This document shows positions 27,625 through 36,249 of a DNA stretch of 53,356 nucleotides, one piece after another. The notes below the pieces were generated by a model. That model saw only the letters and a list, made by a program, of their open reading frames with translations, did not search any database and was not told the origin of the DNA. Source of the stretch: Acidimicrobiales bacterium (GTDB lineage: Bacteria; Actinomycetota; Acidimicrobiia; Acidimicrobiales; Palsa-688). Location: assembly GCA_035503975.1 (NCBI GenBank), contig DATJST010000312.1, positions 1 through 53,356 of the forward strand, written 5' to 3'. Each line of letters opens with the position of its first letter. Within the stretch, counting starts at the first letter, position 1. The position numbers and the translations under genes were made by a program.

Positions 27625-28449
27625 TCATGGCCCCGGCCTGGGCTCGGTCGGCTCCCCCTCGGTGCCGGCCTCGTCGCTCGTCTCGGTGCTCGCCTTCGGG
27701 CGGACCTCCGTGCTTGCATCGGGACCGGCCTCGGTTCTGGTGCTCGTCTTCGGGCGGACCTCCGCGCTCGCCTCGGGGCCGGCCTCGGTTCTGGTGTGCG
27801 TCCCCGCCGCAGGCGACAGGAGCGTGCCGCAGCGCGAGCAGTACAGCACGGTCGCCCGCACGGCACCCTCTTCACTCTCCAGCTCGTCCGGTGGTACGGC
27901 AATGATCCTGTAGCGCGCGGACTCCGACAGTTCCGCGCGGCACCAGTTGCAGCGTGGCCCCGAGTTGAGTGGCGTTGCGGCGCTCGCCTCGGGTTGCGCG
28001 CCACGGCTCGTCCCTCCTGGTCCTGGGAGCAGCCGTATGACCTCCTGGCGCACGCGCGCCAGGTCGGCACCTGAGGCGACCAGGATCTGGGCCGCGAGCC
28101 CCTCACCCTCGCGTGCGATCCCGAGCAGGATGTGCTCGGTGCCTATATAGGTGTGGCCCAGCTGGAGTGCTTCGCGCAGGGACAGTTCGAGGACCTTCTT
28201 CACCCGAGGGGTGAAGGGAGGCGATCCCACGGAGGTGGTCGCCGAGCCGATCGCCGCCTCGACTTTCGCCCGGGCGTCGGAGAGGGATATGTCGAGCGCA
28301 GTCAGCGCCTGGGCGGCGACGCCTTCGCCCTCACGCAGCATGCCGAGAAGGACGTGCTCGGTACCGATGAAGTTATGGTTGAGCAGGCGGGCTTCTTCCT
28401 GGGCGAGGACCAGTACCCGGCGGGCCGCGTCGGTAAAGCGTTCGAACAT
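27625..28449 (-). CDS. Stand-alone Clp N-terminal (double Clp_N repeat) protein with Zn-ribbon and repeat tail
   Basis: 'MFERFTDAARRVLVLAQEEARLLNHNFIGTEHVLLGMLREGEGVAAQAL' and second repeat 'GHTYIGTEHILLGIAREGEGLAAQIL', with no AAA+ module. 'CNWC..x33..CSRC' follows. Start set at MFERF; the ORF opens at 28473. Confidence 0.8.
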   Translation of the reverse strand: MFERFTDAARRVLVLAQEEARLLNHNFIGTEHVLLGMLREGEGVAAQALTALDISLSDARAKVEAAIGSATTSVGSPPFTPRVKKVLELSLREALQLGHTYIGTEHILLGIAREGEGLAAQILVASGADLARVRQEVIRLLPGPGGTSRGAQPEASAATPLNSGPRCNWCRAELSESARYRIIAVPPDELESEEGAVRATVLYCSRCGTLLSPAAGTHTRTEAGPEASAEVRPKTSTRTEAGPDASTEVRPKASTETSDEAGTEGEPTEPRPGP

Positions 28450-28522
28450 CCCACTCCGTAGCATCGCGCACACCTCTTATGGCAGCAGTGCACTCCCGGC
28501 TCCGGGCCTGCGCAAGAGGCTG

Positions 28523-28588
28523 TTTTCTCGAGGCACGCGGGCGGCTTTCTCGAGGCTCGCAGGCGGCTTTCTCGAGGCTCGCAGGCGG
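28523..28588. repeat. 22-bp direct repeat x3 upstream of the Clp_N gene
   Basis: TTTTCTCGAGGCACGCGGGCGG / CTTTCTCGAGGCTCGCAGGCGG / CTTTCTCGAGGCTCGCAGGCGG. Each unit carries a CTCGAG palindrome. Confidence 0.9.
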
Positions 28589-28681
28589 CCGCCACGAGAT
28601 CGGTTGCCGGGCGGGGCTTGGGCCGCTTCGACCCGCTGTGAGACCCATCCAGGGGACGGCCAGGCGGGGGGGCGCCGCGGC

Positions 28682-29593
28682 TCAGCGCGCGAGCTGGCTA
28701 AGGGCTGCTCTGAGCTCGCTAAGGACGCGGCGTCCGTCATGGGCGATGTCACGCCAGGTATAGACGAGGACCTTGGTACCGGCTAAGGCCACTCGGTTGC
28801 GCCGGCGGGAGTCCTCGACCATCTGCTCGGCGCCCTGGTGGTAGGCGTACCCGTCGACCTCCATGGCCAGTCCGGGCGCGAGGACAATGTCCAAGCGGTA
28901 GTTCAGCTCGCCGCCGGTCTCCTGTTCGATGGCGAGCGGCTTGATGCCGCCCCGGTCGAGCAACTGCAGGGCCATGCGCTCTAGTACGCTCAGGTCCCCT
29001 TTGGTGCAGTGGCCCCGCCACCCGAGCGCCCGGCGTAGCGGTCCGCAGCCGGGACGCCCCTGACGAGCGAGCCTTTCGAGTTCAGCACTAAGCCCGGCGA
29101 CGGTTACCAACTTGCTTGCCAACGCTCGGTCGAGTACCTGGTCGAGCTCTTCAGGCGTGACCACCCCGGCCACGTCGAGGATCGTCCGCAGCGGGTTGGT
29201 GCACGGGATGCGGCTGCGGATGGCAACCGGGGCCGGGTAGTCCCGTGGCCGGTGTACGTCCCCCCGGTTCGTGCGCGCCGAGCGGCCCCGGGCAACGATG
29301 ACCGCATGTCGCTCCGGTGGCTCGGCCAACCGCCAGAGCCACGCGGCGGACAGGTGTGACGCCAGCGCCTCAGGTCCCGCTCCCAGGCACAGCACCATCA
29401 ACGCCTGCTCGGGGGTGAGCGCCGAGCCGCCCAAGCGCACCACCGTGCTGCCGACTTCCTCCCATTCGCCGCATGCGACCCGCAGGCGCACCTGGTGCCT
29501 GGTCACCCCGATCGCGCGCAACTGGGAGCGGCTGGTCACGCCGTACTGGTCGCGGAAGCGCCGGGCGACCTCACGCACCATTGACGCTTTCAT
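28682..29593 (-). CDS. AbiEi_4-like wHTH + DUF559 (Vsr-like endonuclease fold) protein
   Basis: N-terminal 'GVTSRSQLRAIGVTRHQVRLRVACGEWEEV' and C-terminal 'MEVDGYAYHQGAEQMVEDSRRRNRVALAGTKVLVYTWRDI', typical of this abundant actinobacterial family. Confidence 0.8.
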   Translation of the reverse strand: MKASMVREVARRFRDQYGVTSRSQLRAIGVTRHQVRLRVACGEWEEVGSTVVRLGGSALTPEQALMVLCLGAGPEALASHLSAAWLWRLAEPPERHAVIVARGRSARTNRGDVHRPRDYPAPVAIRSRIPCTNPLRTILDVAGVVTPEELDQVLDRALASKLVTVAGLSAELERLARQGRPGCGPLRRALGWRGHCTKGDLSVLERMALQLLDRGGIKPLAIEQETGGELNYRLDIVLAPGLAMEVDGYAYHQGAEQMVEDSRRRNRVALAGTKVLVYTWRDIAHDGRRVLSELRAALSQLAR

Positions 29594-29897
29594 GTAGTTT
29601 TATGTTACATAAGTATCTGTCAATGTACAAGTCCGCGGAAGATTTGGGTGCAGGAGGGGAACTCGTCGCGCTGGCGTTAGTCCTGGCAACGCTGGCATGC
29701 CCAAAACCTCCAAGCGCGACCAAAAAGCGTTGGGTCGGGGCACCGCGAACGCTCTGAGTAGTGGCACTAGCTCACATGGTGCCGGTGGGCGGGCCCAAAG
29801 CCTGCCGTTGGGCGAGCTACAGGACCGAGGACCTCCGCCGTGGCCTCGCCCTGCGAGGCCAGTCCCCGCACCCGTTCCCCACGGTCTCGCGCTTGTG

Positions 29898-32054
29898 CTA
29901 GTCCGCCGCGGTAGTAGTCGTCACAGTTGCGGTTGTCGTCGTGCCGGCCGTCGTGGTGGTCCCTTGCGTCGTGGTCGTCCCGGCCGTCGTCGTGGTCGCT
30001 GCGGTGGTGCTCGTCGAGGCCCGTGTGGTGGTGGTGGTGGGCCCGGCGTGAGTAGTCGTGGTGGCGGCCGCCGTTGTCGTGGTCGTGGCGTGGCTCGTCG
30101 TAGTAGTGGGCGCTGTGGTCGTGGTCGTCGCCTTGGTCGTAGTGGTCGTGGCCTTGGTCGTCGTCGTGGTGGCTTTGCTCGTCGTGGTCGTGGCCCCAAC
30201 CGTCGTGGTCGTCCCCTCGACCGTGGTGGTGGTCCCCCCCGTCGTGGTGGGCGCCGGCGCGGTAGTCGTGGCATATGTTGGCGGCGGGGGGGGCGGGCCT
30301 TGTACCACGGGTGTGGTCGCCGTCGTGGTCGAGGTCGCAACCGTCGTAGTGACTGCGGTGGTTGCGCTGGTCGTGCTCGTTGCGGCGGTCGTGGTGGCGG
30401 TCGGCGAACGGGTCGCCGTCGTGGTCGTTCGCGCGCTACTTGGAGAGGGCCTGGTGGCGGTTGTAGGTACGGGCGCCGGGTGGGGGGCGGCCTTGTGGCG
30501 CCGGGGCTTGCCCTTACTGCGGTGCGCCGTGGTGGGCGGCGTAGCTACGAGCGGGTGAGTGGTCGTCGTACGTGGTGGTGCCGCAGCCGATCGGTTCTTG
30601 TGCGCGCCCACGCTGTCCTTGGCGTGGGCCTTGTGGCGTGGCGGAGCTGGCGTCTGTCGGCGCACTGCCGAGGTGGTCGTCGTAGTCGGCCTGGCCGCTT
30701 TGGGATTGCGCACCACGTGGGCGGGGCGCGCCGCCTTTGTCCCGGAGTGGTGCTGATGCCCTGACACCCCACTGCCATGGCCGCGATCGCCGGCCCCGCG
30801 GCGGCTGCCCAAGCTGCCCGTGCCATTCCTGCCACCGCCCTCGTGGCGACGGTGCGTGCTGCCGGTACCGTTCCCGGCTCCGGGCGCATGGACGCGCCCG
30901 CGCCCGGGCACGCCTAGGCCGACCTTCTTGCCTCCCGCACCGGCAACTGTGCTTCCCGCGCGGCCCTTGTTGCTGCCACCGCCCACCTTGTTGCTGCCAC
31001 CGCCCACCTTGTTGCTGCCCCCGCCGACCTTGTTGCTACCACCGCCAGGCTTGTTGCTACCACCGCCGACCTTGTTGCTACCACCGCCAGGCTTGTTGCT
31101 GCCACCGCCGGACTTGCTATCACTGGGGCCGGCGCTCTGGCCGCTCGACCGCGTGCCGTTACCGCCGGCAGCCTGGCTCCCTGTCGCCCCACCCGCAGCA
31201 CGGCCGCCGGGCGAGCCGGCGCGGTCAGCAGCCCCCGAGGGCGGGCCCGCGTGACGGGGCACATGCTCGGTCGTCGACGGCAGCGAGGGTGAGCGGGCCA
31301 GGTGCCCTCGGGCCGTGCCCGCGCCACCCTGGTGGCCTGCCGAGACGGGCTTGGGCCGGTGCGCCGAGCGGCGCGACCTGGTTGTCGTCGTCGGGCGCGA
31401 CGTGGTCGGTGTAGTGGTGGTGGCCTCGTGCGCCGACGGCGTCGACGCCTTGGGCGGAGGAGGCAACGCCGTACTGAGCGAAGCGGCCAAGCTGCGCAGG
31501 TCACTCCGCAAGAGGCTCAAGGTGGCCGGTGCTTTAACTTGGTGGTTGGAGGCGACCCGGTAGTACACGCCCGCCAGGGTGTCGAAATGGGCCACGCGTT
31601 GCGCTTGGGTCTCACCGCGGGGTGGCTCGAACAAAGGCAACAGGCCGCCCAGGAGTTCGCGGCCCGCAACCGGCGCGATCGTACCCTCGCGGACACCTGT
31701 CACTACATGCGATTCGAAGGCCCAGGTCGCTTTGCGCTGCGCCGCGGGGAGGGCCACGTTGGGCCCCTTGGGCAAGCTGTACAGGAAACTGGTCGCCGAG
31801 CCGCCCCCGCTCGCGGCCGCGACGAGCGCGATGCCGACGAAGCCCATGGCCATGACCGCCGCGCCCAAGGTGAGGGCAACTCCTCCCCGGGTCGTGGGGC
31901 GTTTGATGGCAATGCGTAGTTGGCGTCTTTTACGTGCTTTGCGCACTTCCGCGTCGGCAGCAGCAGGCGCCTCGGCGACGGTGGCCCTGGGCAGCGAGAG
32001 CTTGTGGGGAGTGGCACTCGCAGCGAGGACGTTCCCGTTCAAGGTGGAGCCCAT
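29898..32054 (-). CDS. Membrane-anchored mucin-like protein (Thr/Pro/Gly-rich, tandem repeats)
   Basis: ATG 32054 is preceded by GGGAGG. One TM helix ('VALTLGAAVMAMGFVGIALVAAA'), a ~110-aa non-repetitive domain, then ~550 aa of low complexity including GGGSNK(V/P) x7 and long poly-Thr arrays. Confidence 0.6.
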   Translation of the reverse strand: MGSTLNGNVLAASATPHKLSLPRATVAEAPAAADAEVRKARKRRQLRIAIKRPTTRGGVALTLGAAVMAMGFVGIALVAAASGGGSATSFLYSLPKGPNVALPAAQRKATWAFESHVVTGVREGTIAPVAGRELLGGLLPLFEPPRGETQAQRVAHFDTLAGVYYRVASNHQVKAPATLSLLRSDLRSLAASLSTALPPPPKASTPSAHEATTTTPTTSRPTTTTRSRRSAHRPKPVSAGHQGGAGTARGHLARSPSLPSTTEHVPRHAGPPSGAADRAGSPGGRAAGGATGSQAAGGNGTRSSGQSAGPSDSKSGGGSNKPGGGSNKVGGGSNKPGGGSNKVGGGSNKVGGGSNKVGGGSNKGRAGSTVAGAGGKKVGLGVPGRGRVHAPGAGNGTGSTHRRHEGGGRNGTGSLGSRRGAGDRGHGSGVSGHQHHSGTKAARPAHVVRNPKAARPTTTTTSAVRRQTPAPPRHKAHAKDSVGAHKNRSAAAPPRTTTTHPLVATPPTTAHRSKGKPRRHKAAPHPAPVPTTATRPSPSSARTTTTATRSPTATTTAATSTTSATTAVTTTVATSTTTATTPVVQGPPPPPPTYATTTAPAPTTTGGTTTTVEGTTTTVGATTTTSKATTTTTKATTTTTKATTTTTAPTTTTSHATTTTTAAATTTTHAGPTTTTTRASTSTTAATTTTAGTTTTQGTTTTAGTTTTATVTTTTAAD
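30966..31116. repeat. 21-bp in-frame tandem repeat (about 7 copies) inside CDS 29898..32054
   Basis: CTTGTTGCT(G/A)CCACCGCC(NNN) units encode GGGSNK(V/P) on the minus strand. Confidence 0.9.
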
Positions 32055-32372
32055 ATCGCCCAAACCTCCCGGGTTGGTCCCCAGCATTTTCGACCGGCCG
32101 CAGCCAACCTTGAGCTGGCTCTGGGTGCGGCGGCCCCTAGTCCGGTGGCAGCAGCCCGGCACTGGCCAGCCCGGCACTGGCCAGCCCGGGAAGGCCCGGA
32201 CCCGGTGGCGTCCCGCGCCGGGTGGCCCGCGCCCGGCAGCGGGGGCACCCGGCGGAGCGGGCCAAAGTTTCCAGTTTCCAGTTATTGGCCGCGAGCCGTA
32301 ACTGTCTTACCGTTTTCTGCAGTCACGAATTCTTGCCCGGCTCCGCCCGTCCCGAAAGCCTAGGAGGCACAT

Positions 32373-33038
32373 ATGGGCCTGTTCAGCAAATTGAAGACCT
32401 CTTTTGGGGGCGACGACCCCGACCTGATGACGCGCGGTCAGCTTGGCCGAGCAGTCGTGGACCGGGTCCGCATCACGGGCACCTCGGTCCAGATGGGTGG
32501 CGGTGTCCCCGAGCAGGTATGCGAGTTCGACCTGACTGTTTACCTCGACGACACGCCGCCGTTTGCCGCGCAAGCTCGCAAACGGGTCCCCGTTTATGCC
32601 ATCGGCGAGTTTCGTCCCGGGCAGACCGTCGTCGCCGTGCGGGTCGACCCGGTCAACCACGCCCACGTCGGCATCGACCTCAACTCGCAGCCTCCCGAGG
32701 TGAGGATCGCGGCTGGGACCGCCCAGGGCTCGGCTGCCGCGCTCCTGGCCAGCGGCACTCCTTGCGAAGCGGTGATCATCCAGTTCGAAACGCTCGGCAT
32801 GAAGAACCAAAACAACGTGGACCTTTATGCATTCCTCCTCACGGTCATGCCTGAAGGAGCGGCCCCATATCAGATCCAGGTGGGCAACCCCGTGCCGCCT
32901 GAAGCCTTGCCACTGCTCTACCCCGGGTCGAAGGTCCCAGCCCGCTTCGACCCGAACGGGGTCAAGGAAGCGGTCGCCATCGACTGGGCTGCAGCGCTCG
33001 CCCGGGCGGCCGGCGCTAGCGCCGGCGCAGTCCACTAG
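32373..33038 (+). CDS. Hypothetical protein with internal two-domain duplication
   Basis: Strong SD AGGAGG lies 5 nt before the ATG. The two halves share the pattern 'G..G.A.V ... C.F.LTV ... P ... VP ... PG..V.VR.DP'. Confidence 0.65.
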   Translation: MGLFSKLKTSFGGDDPDLMTRGQLGRAVVDRVRITGTSVQMGGGVPEQVCEFDLTVYLDDTPPFAAQARKRVPVYAIGEFRPGQTVVAVRVDPVNHAHVGIDLNSQPPEVRIAAGTAQGSAAALLASGTPCEAVIIQFETLGMKNQNNVDLYAFLLTVMPEGAAPYQIQVGNPVPPEALPLLYPGSKVPARFDPNGVKEAVAIDWAAALARAAGASAGAVH

Positions 33039-33132
33039 CTCACTGAGCCGCCGGGACCGGGCAAGCCTCCCCCCAGGGCGCCTGGTCTCCGGCGGCCAGC
33101 ACCATACCCGGTGCCGGGCTAGCCTCCATGGC

Positions 33133-34428
33133 ATGCCGCGCCGCAATAACTCTGGGGTCGCCCGGACAGTTCTCGGCAACGGGCTGCGGGTGGTGGTCGC
33201 ACCGGACCCCTCGGTGGCCTTCGCCGGTGTAGCTGTCGCCTACAACGTAGGTTTCCGCAGCGAGCCCGAGGGGCGTACGGGTTTTGCTCACCTGTTCGAG
33301 CACATGATGTTCCAGGGCTCGGCGCACGTGTCCAAGGCGGAGCACATGCGAGTGGTTGAAGCTGCTGGCGGCGTGGTCAACGGGCACACCCTGCCCGACG
33401 TGACTGCGTATTACGAGGCTGTGCCCGCGGGCGCCCTCGAAGTGGCCCTTTTCTTGGAAGCCGACCGCATGGCTTCGCTCGCGATCTCCGAGCAGAACCT
33501 GGCCAATCAGGTGGACGTCGTCAAGGAAGAGATCAAGGTCAACGTCTTGAACCAGCCCTATGGTGGCTTTCCCTGGATCCCTCTACCCGCCTTGGCATAC
33601 CGCCGCTTTCCCAACGCGCACAACGGCTATGGCGACTTTGCAGACCTGGAGCGCGCCACCGTGCAAGACACGGCCGACTTCTTTGCTACCTATTACACCC
33701 CCAGTAACGCGGTGCTCGCGGTCGTGGGGGCGTGCAGCGCGAGCGAGGTCTTTTCTCTGGCCGACCAGTACTTCGGGCGGATCCGGCGACGGCGCCGTCC
33801 CAAAGCAGGCCCGTGGTCCGAGCCGCCTTTGGAGGCCGACAGGCGCGAAGTGCAAGCAAGCAACCTCGTGCCCCAGCCGGCGTTTGCGGTCGGTCTACGC
33901 CTGCCCGACCCGGTGGCCGACCTCGACAATTTCCTGGCCTACTACCTGCTCGCCAAGATCCTTGCCGCTGGTGACTCGAGCAGGTTGTGGGCGCGGCTGG
34001 TCCACCGTGACCACCACGCCACCCATGTCGATTGCACTCTCGGAGTGCTTGGGATGGAGTCGTTCTTTATCCGCGACCCTTGCTTGTTCCAAGTGCTTGT
34101 CTACCATCCGGGTACGGCCACTACAGACGCCCTGCTCGAGGGCATCGACGACGAGCTTGCCCAGTTGGCGTCAGACGGCCCATCCTCTGCGGAGCAGGCG
34201 AGGGCGGTCGCCGGGTCGGCCGCCGAGATGTGGAGGGGGCTCGGCTCCATCTTGGCGCGGGCGCACATAGTGGCCTCGGTGGAGACCATCCACGGGCGGG
34301 CCGAACTGGTGACCGAGCTGCCCAGCCTCCTCGCATCGGTCCGGCGCGGCCAGGTAGCCGAGGCGGCCGCGGACCTCGCACGCCAACACCGGGCCATTGT
34401 GGAGCTCGTTCCTGCGGGAGCGGCATGA
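33133..34428 (+). CDS. M16-family zinc peptidase (catalytic subunit)
   Basis: 'GFAHLFEHMMFQGS' HxxEH zinc motif. Start ATG 33133 (MPRRNNSGVARTVLGNGLRVV). Confidence 0.85.
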   Translation: MPRRNNSGVARTVLGNGLRVVVAPDPSVAFAGVAVAYNVGFRSEPEGRTGFAHLFEHMMFQGSAHVSKAEHMRVVEAAGGVVNGHTLPDVTAYYEAVPAGALEVALFLEADRMASLAISEQNLANQVDVVKEEIKVNVLNQPYGGFPWIPLPALAYRRFPNAHNGYGDFADLERATVQDTADFFATYYTPSNAVLAVVGACSASEVFSLADQYFGRIRRRRRPKAGPWSEPPLEADRREVQASNLVPQPAFAVGLRLPDPVADLDNFLAYYLLAKILAAGDSSRLWARLVHRDHHATHVDCTLGVLGMESFFIRDPCLFQVLVYHPGTATTDALLEGIDDELAQLASDGPSSAEQARAVAGSAAEMWRGLGSILARAHIVASVETIHGRAELVTELPSLLASVRRGQVAEAAADLARQHRAIVELVPAGAA

Positions 34429-35765
34429 TGGCGGCGACCCTGGCGATACCTTCGGCGGGCCCGCTGCGGGCGCCGCGTTTCCCCAAGATCTTGGAGGCGG
34501 AGCTTCCCGGGGGCGTCCATGGGCTGTTCGCGAGGCGGCCGGCCCTCCCGATCGTCGAGCTGCGCCTGGTGGTCCCGCTCGCGTCGGTGGACATTGTCCG
34601 GCCTGCACCCGTATCCGTGCTCTCTCGCGCTCTGCTGGCCGGCACGGACAGGCATGACCGGATCAGCCTGGCCGAGGAAATCGAGGGTCTGGGCGCCAGC
34701 TTGGGCGCGGACCTGCACGATGACCGCCTCGTAATAAGCGGCGCCGTCCTGGCGGGCAAGCTCGGTGCCTTCGTTGGCCTGCTCGGCGAGGTGTTGAGCG
34801 GCGCCACCTACGAGGAGCACGAAGTCAAAGCAGACCGCGACCGGTTGGCCGACGAGACAGTCATCGCCCTCAGCCAGCCAGGAGTCATCGCCGGCCAGGC
34901 CTTGCGCAGGCGGCTGTTCGGTTCGCACCCCTACGCCACCCCGCTGCCATCCCCAGCCACGCTGCGGCGCGTCCACGGCGACGCCCTACGGTCCCTGCAC
35001 CGCGCCGTGCTTGACCCTGCGCAGGCCCACCTGGCGATCGCCGGTGACCTTCAGCCCGCTCGTGCCCTCGCCTTGTGCGAGGAGATGGCGGCGTCGTGGG
35101 CGGCGAGCACCGAGGGGGCCCGGCCCCAGCCGCCCCCGGTGAGCCCGCCCGTCGCGGGGCCGATCGAGCTCGTAGCCCGCCCTGGGGGCGTGCAAAGCAA
35201 CCTCCGCCTGGGCGGCGCGGCCCCTTCGTTGAGCGATGCCGCGTGGCCCGCGGCCGACCTGGCGGAGAGCATCTTCGCCGGCATGTTCAGTTCGAGGCTG
35301 ACTGCCAACCTCCGCGAGCGCAACGGCTACAGCTACTCGCCGGGTAGTTACGTGCGCCATCGGCGGGCCGGTTCATACCTCGTCGTCGCGGCCGACGTCG
35401 CCACTGAGGCCACCGGCGCCGCCCTGGTCGAGACCAATTACGAGCTGGGCAGGATGGCGGTCACCGGAGTCAGTGACAATGAGCTCGAACAAGCCCGCAG
35501 CTACCTCGTCGGCCGCTTTGGCTATGAAACCTCGTCGCTCGCCTCTTACACCTCAACGTTGGCTGGTCTGGCCGTCAGCGGTGTTGGCCTGGGCTACCTG
35601 GAGAGTTACCCAAAGGGCTTGATCGCGGCCACCAAGGCGCAGGTGGATGACGCGGCACGCAGGTTCCTCGCGCCGAGCCAGATGGTTTCGGTCGTCGTCG
35701 GAGACCCTGACAGGGTTGCCGGGCCCCTTTCGACCCTCGGCGAGGTAGTGACCCGTTCGTCGTAG
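34425..35765 (+). CDS. M16-family peptidase homologue lacking HxxEH (non-catalytic partner)
   Basis: ATGA overlap with the upstream M16 gene. M16-like length and layout, with no HxxEH motif. Confidence 0.75.
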   Translation: MMAATLAIPSAGPLRAPRFPKILEAELPGGVHGLFARRPALPIVELRLVVPLASVDIVRPAPVSVLSRALLAGTDRHDRISLAEEIEGLGASLGADLHDDRLVISGAVLAGKLGAFVGLLGEVLSGATYEEHEVKADRDRLADETVIALSQPGVIAGQALRRRLFGSHPYATPLPSPATLRRVHGDALRSLHRAVLDPAQAHLAIAGDLQPARALALCEEMAASWAASTEGARPQPPPVSPPVAGPIELVARPGGVQSNLRLGGAAPSLSDAAWPAADLAESIFAGMFSSRLTANLRERNGYSYSPGSYVRHRRAGSYLVVAADVATEATGAALVETNYELGRMAVTGVSDNELEQARSYLVGRFGYETSSLASYTSTLAGLAVSGVGLGYLESYPKGLIAATKAQVDDAARRFLAPSQMVSVVVGDPDRVAGPLSTLGEVVTRSS

Positions 35766-35873
35766 GTACGACAGCGTGCGAAAATGTCGAAACCGGCGGC
35801 CGGCGCCCGCAAGGGGATTTACCCTGGGACGCGGGCCTGGGCCCTTTCCCGGCCCCCGGCAAGGAGAAGCAGT

Positions 35874-36215
35874 TTGCGGACGAACACCCGTCGAGAGGGC
35901 GAGAAGCCCTCGCGGCAGATTGGGCGCACCCGGTGCGTCCTCGGTTTTCGTTCCCTGGCGCGGGCGTCGTGCGCGGCTGCCGCCGCATTGGTGGCGTGCG
36001 CCGTCCCGAATGCGGCGCAGGCCCCGGGCCTGGCCCGCAGCGTCGTGCCCATGCTCGGGCACGGTGCCCACGCGCGGCCCGTTCCGACTGCGACCACGGC
36101 GCCGCGTCCCGGTTCGGTGACGACCACGTCCGTACCGCTGACCACGAGGACGACTTCTGGCACCACAGTCCCGGCCAAGCACAGCCAGCCAGGCGGGTCA
36201 CGCCCAGTGCGGTAG
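35874..36215 (+). CDS. Possible small secreted Thr/Pro-rich protein
   Basis: TTG 35874 is preceded by AAGGAG (35861-35866). Signal-peptide-like 'ASCAAAAALVACAVPNAAQA'. Low complexity; weak call. Confidence 0.3.
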   Translation: MRTNTRREGEKPSRQIGRTRCVLGFRSLARASCAAAAALVACAVPNAAQAPGLARSVVPMLGHGAHARPVPTATTAPRPGSVTTTSVPLTTRTTSGTTVPAKHSQPGGSRPVR

Positions 36216-36249
36216 GCACCAAGACGCGGGCCCGGGTGCTAGTGCAGCA

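Noticed and set aside
28450-28530. CIRCE (HrcA) or HAIR (HspR) heat-shock operator upstream of the Clp_N gene
   Set aside because: Only a partial half-site-like 'GAGTGCAC' is present. There is no inverted partner at the required spacing.
28682-29593. Mobile element or toxin-antitoxin/Abi system around the AbiEi-like/DUF559 gene
   Set aside because: There is no AbiEii-type nucleotidyltransferase partner, no transposase or integrase, and no flanking inverted or direct repeats. This family is a common stand-alone actinobacterial gene.
29697-30764. Plus-strand ORFs (355-aa Arg/Gly-rich; 166-aa poly-Val) across the Thr-repeat region as the true coding frame
   Set aside because: Repeat DNA is open in several frames. 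Only the minus frame continues into a TM helix, a unique domain and an SD-preceded ATG. This remains less certain than other calls.
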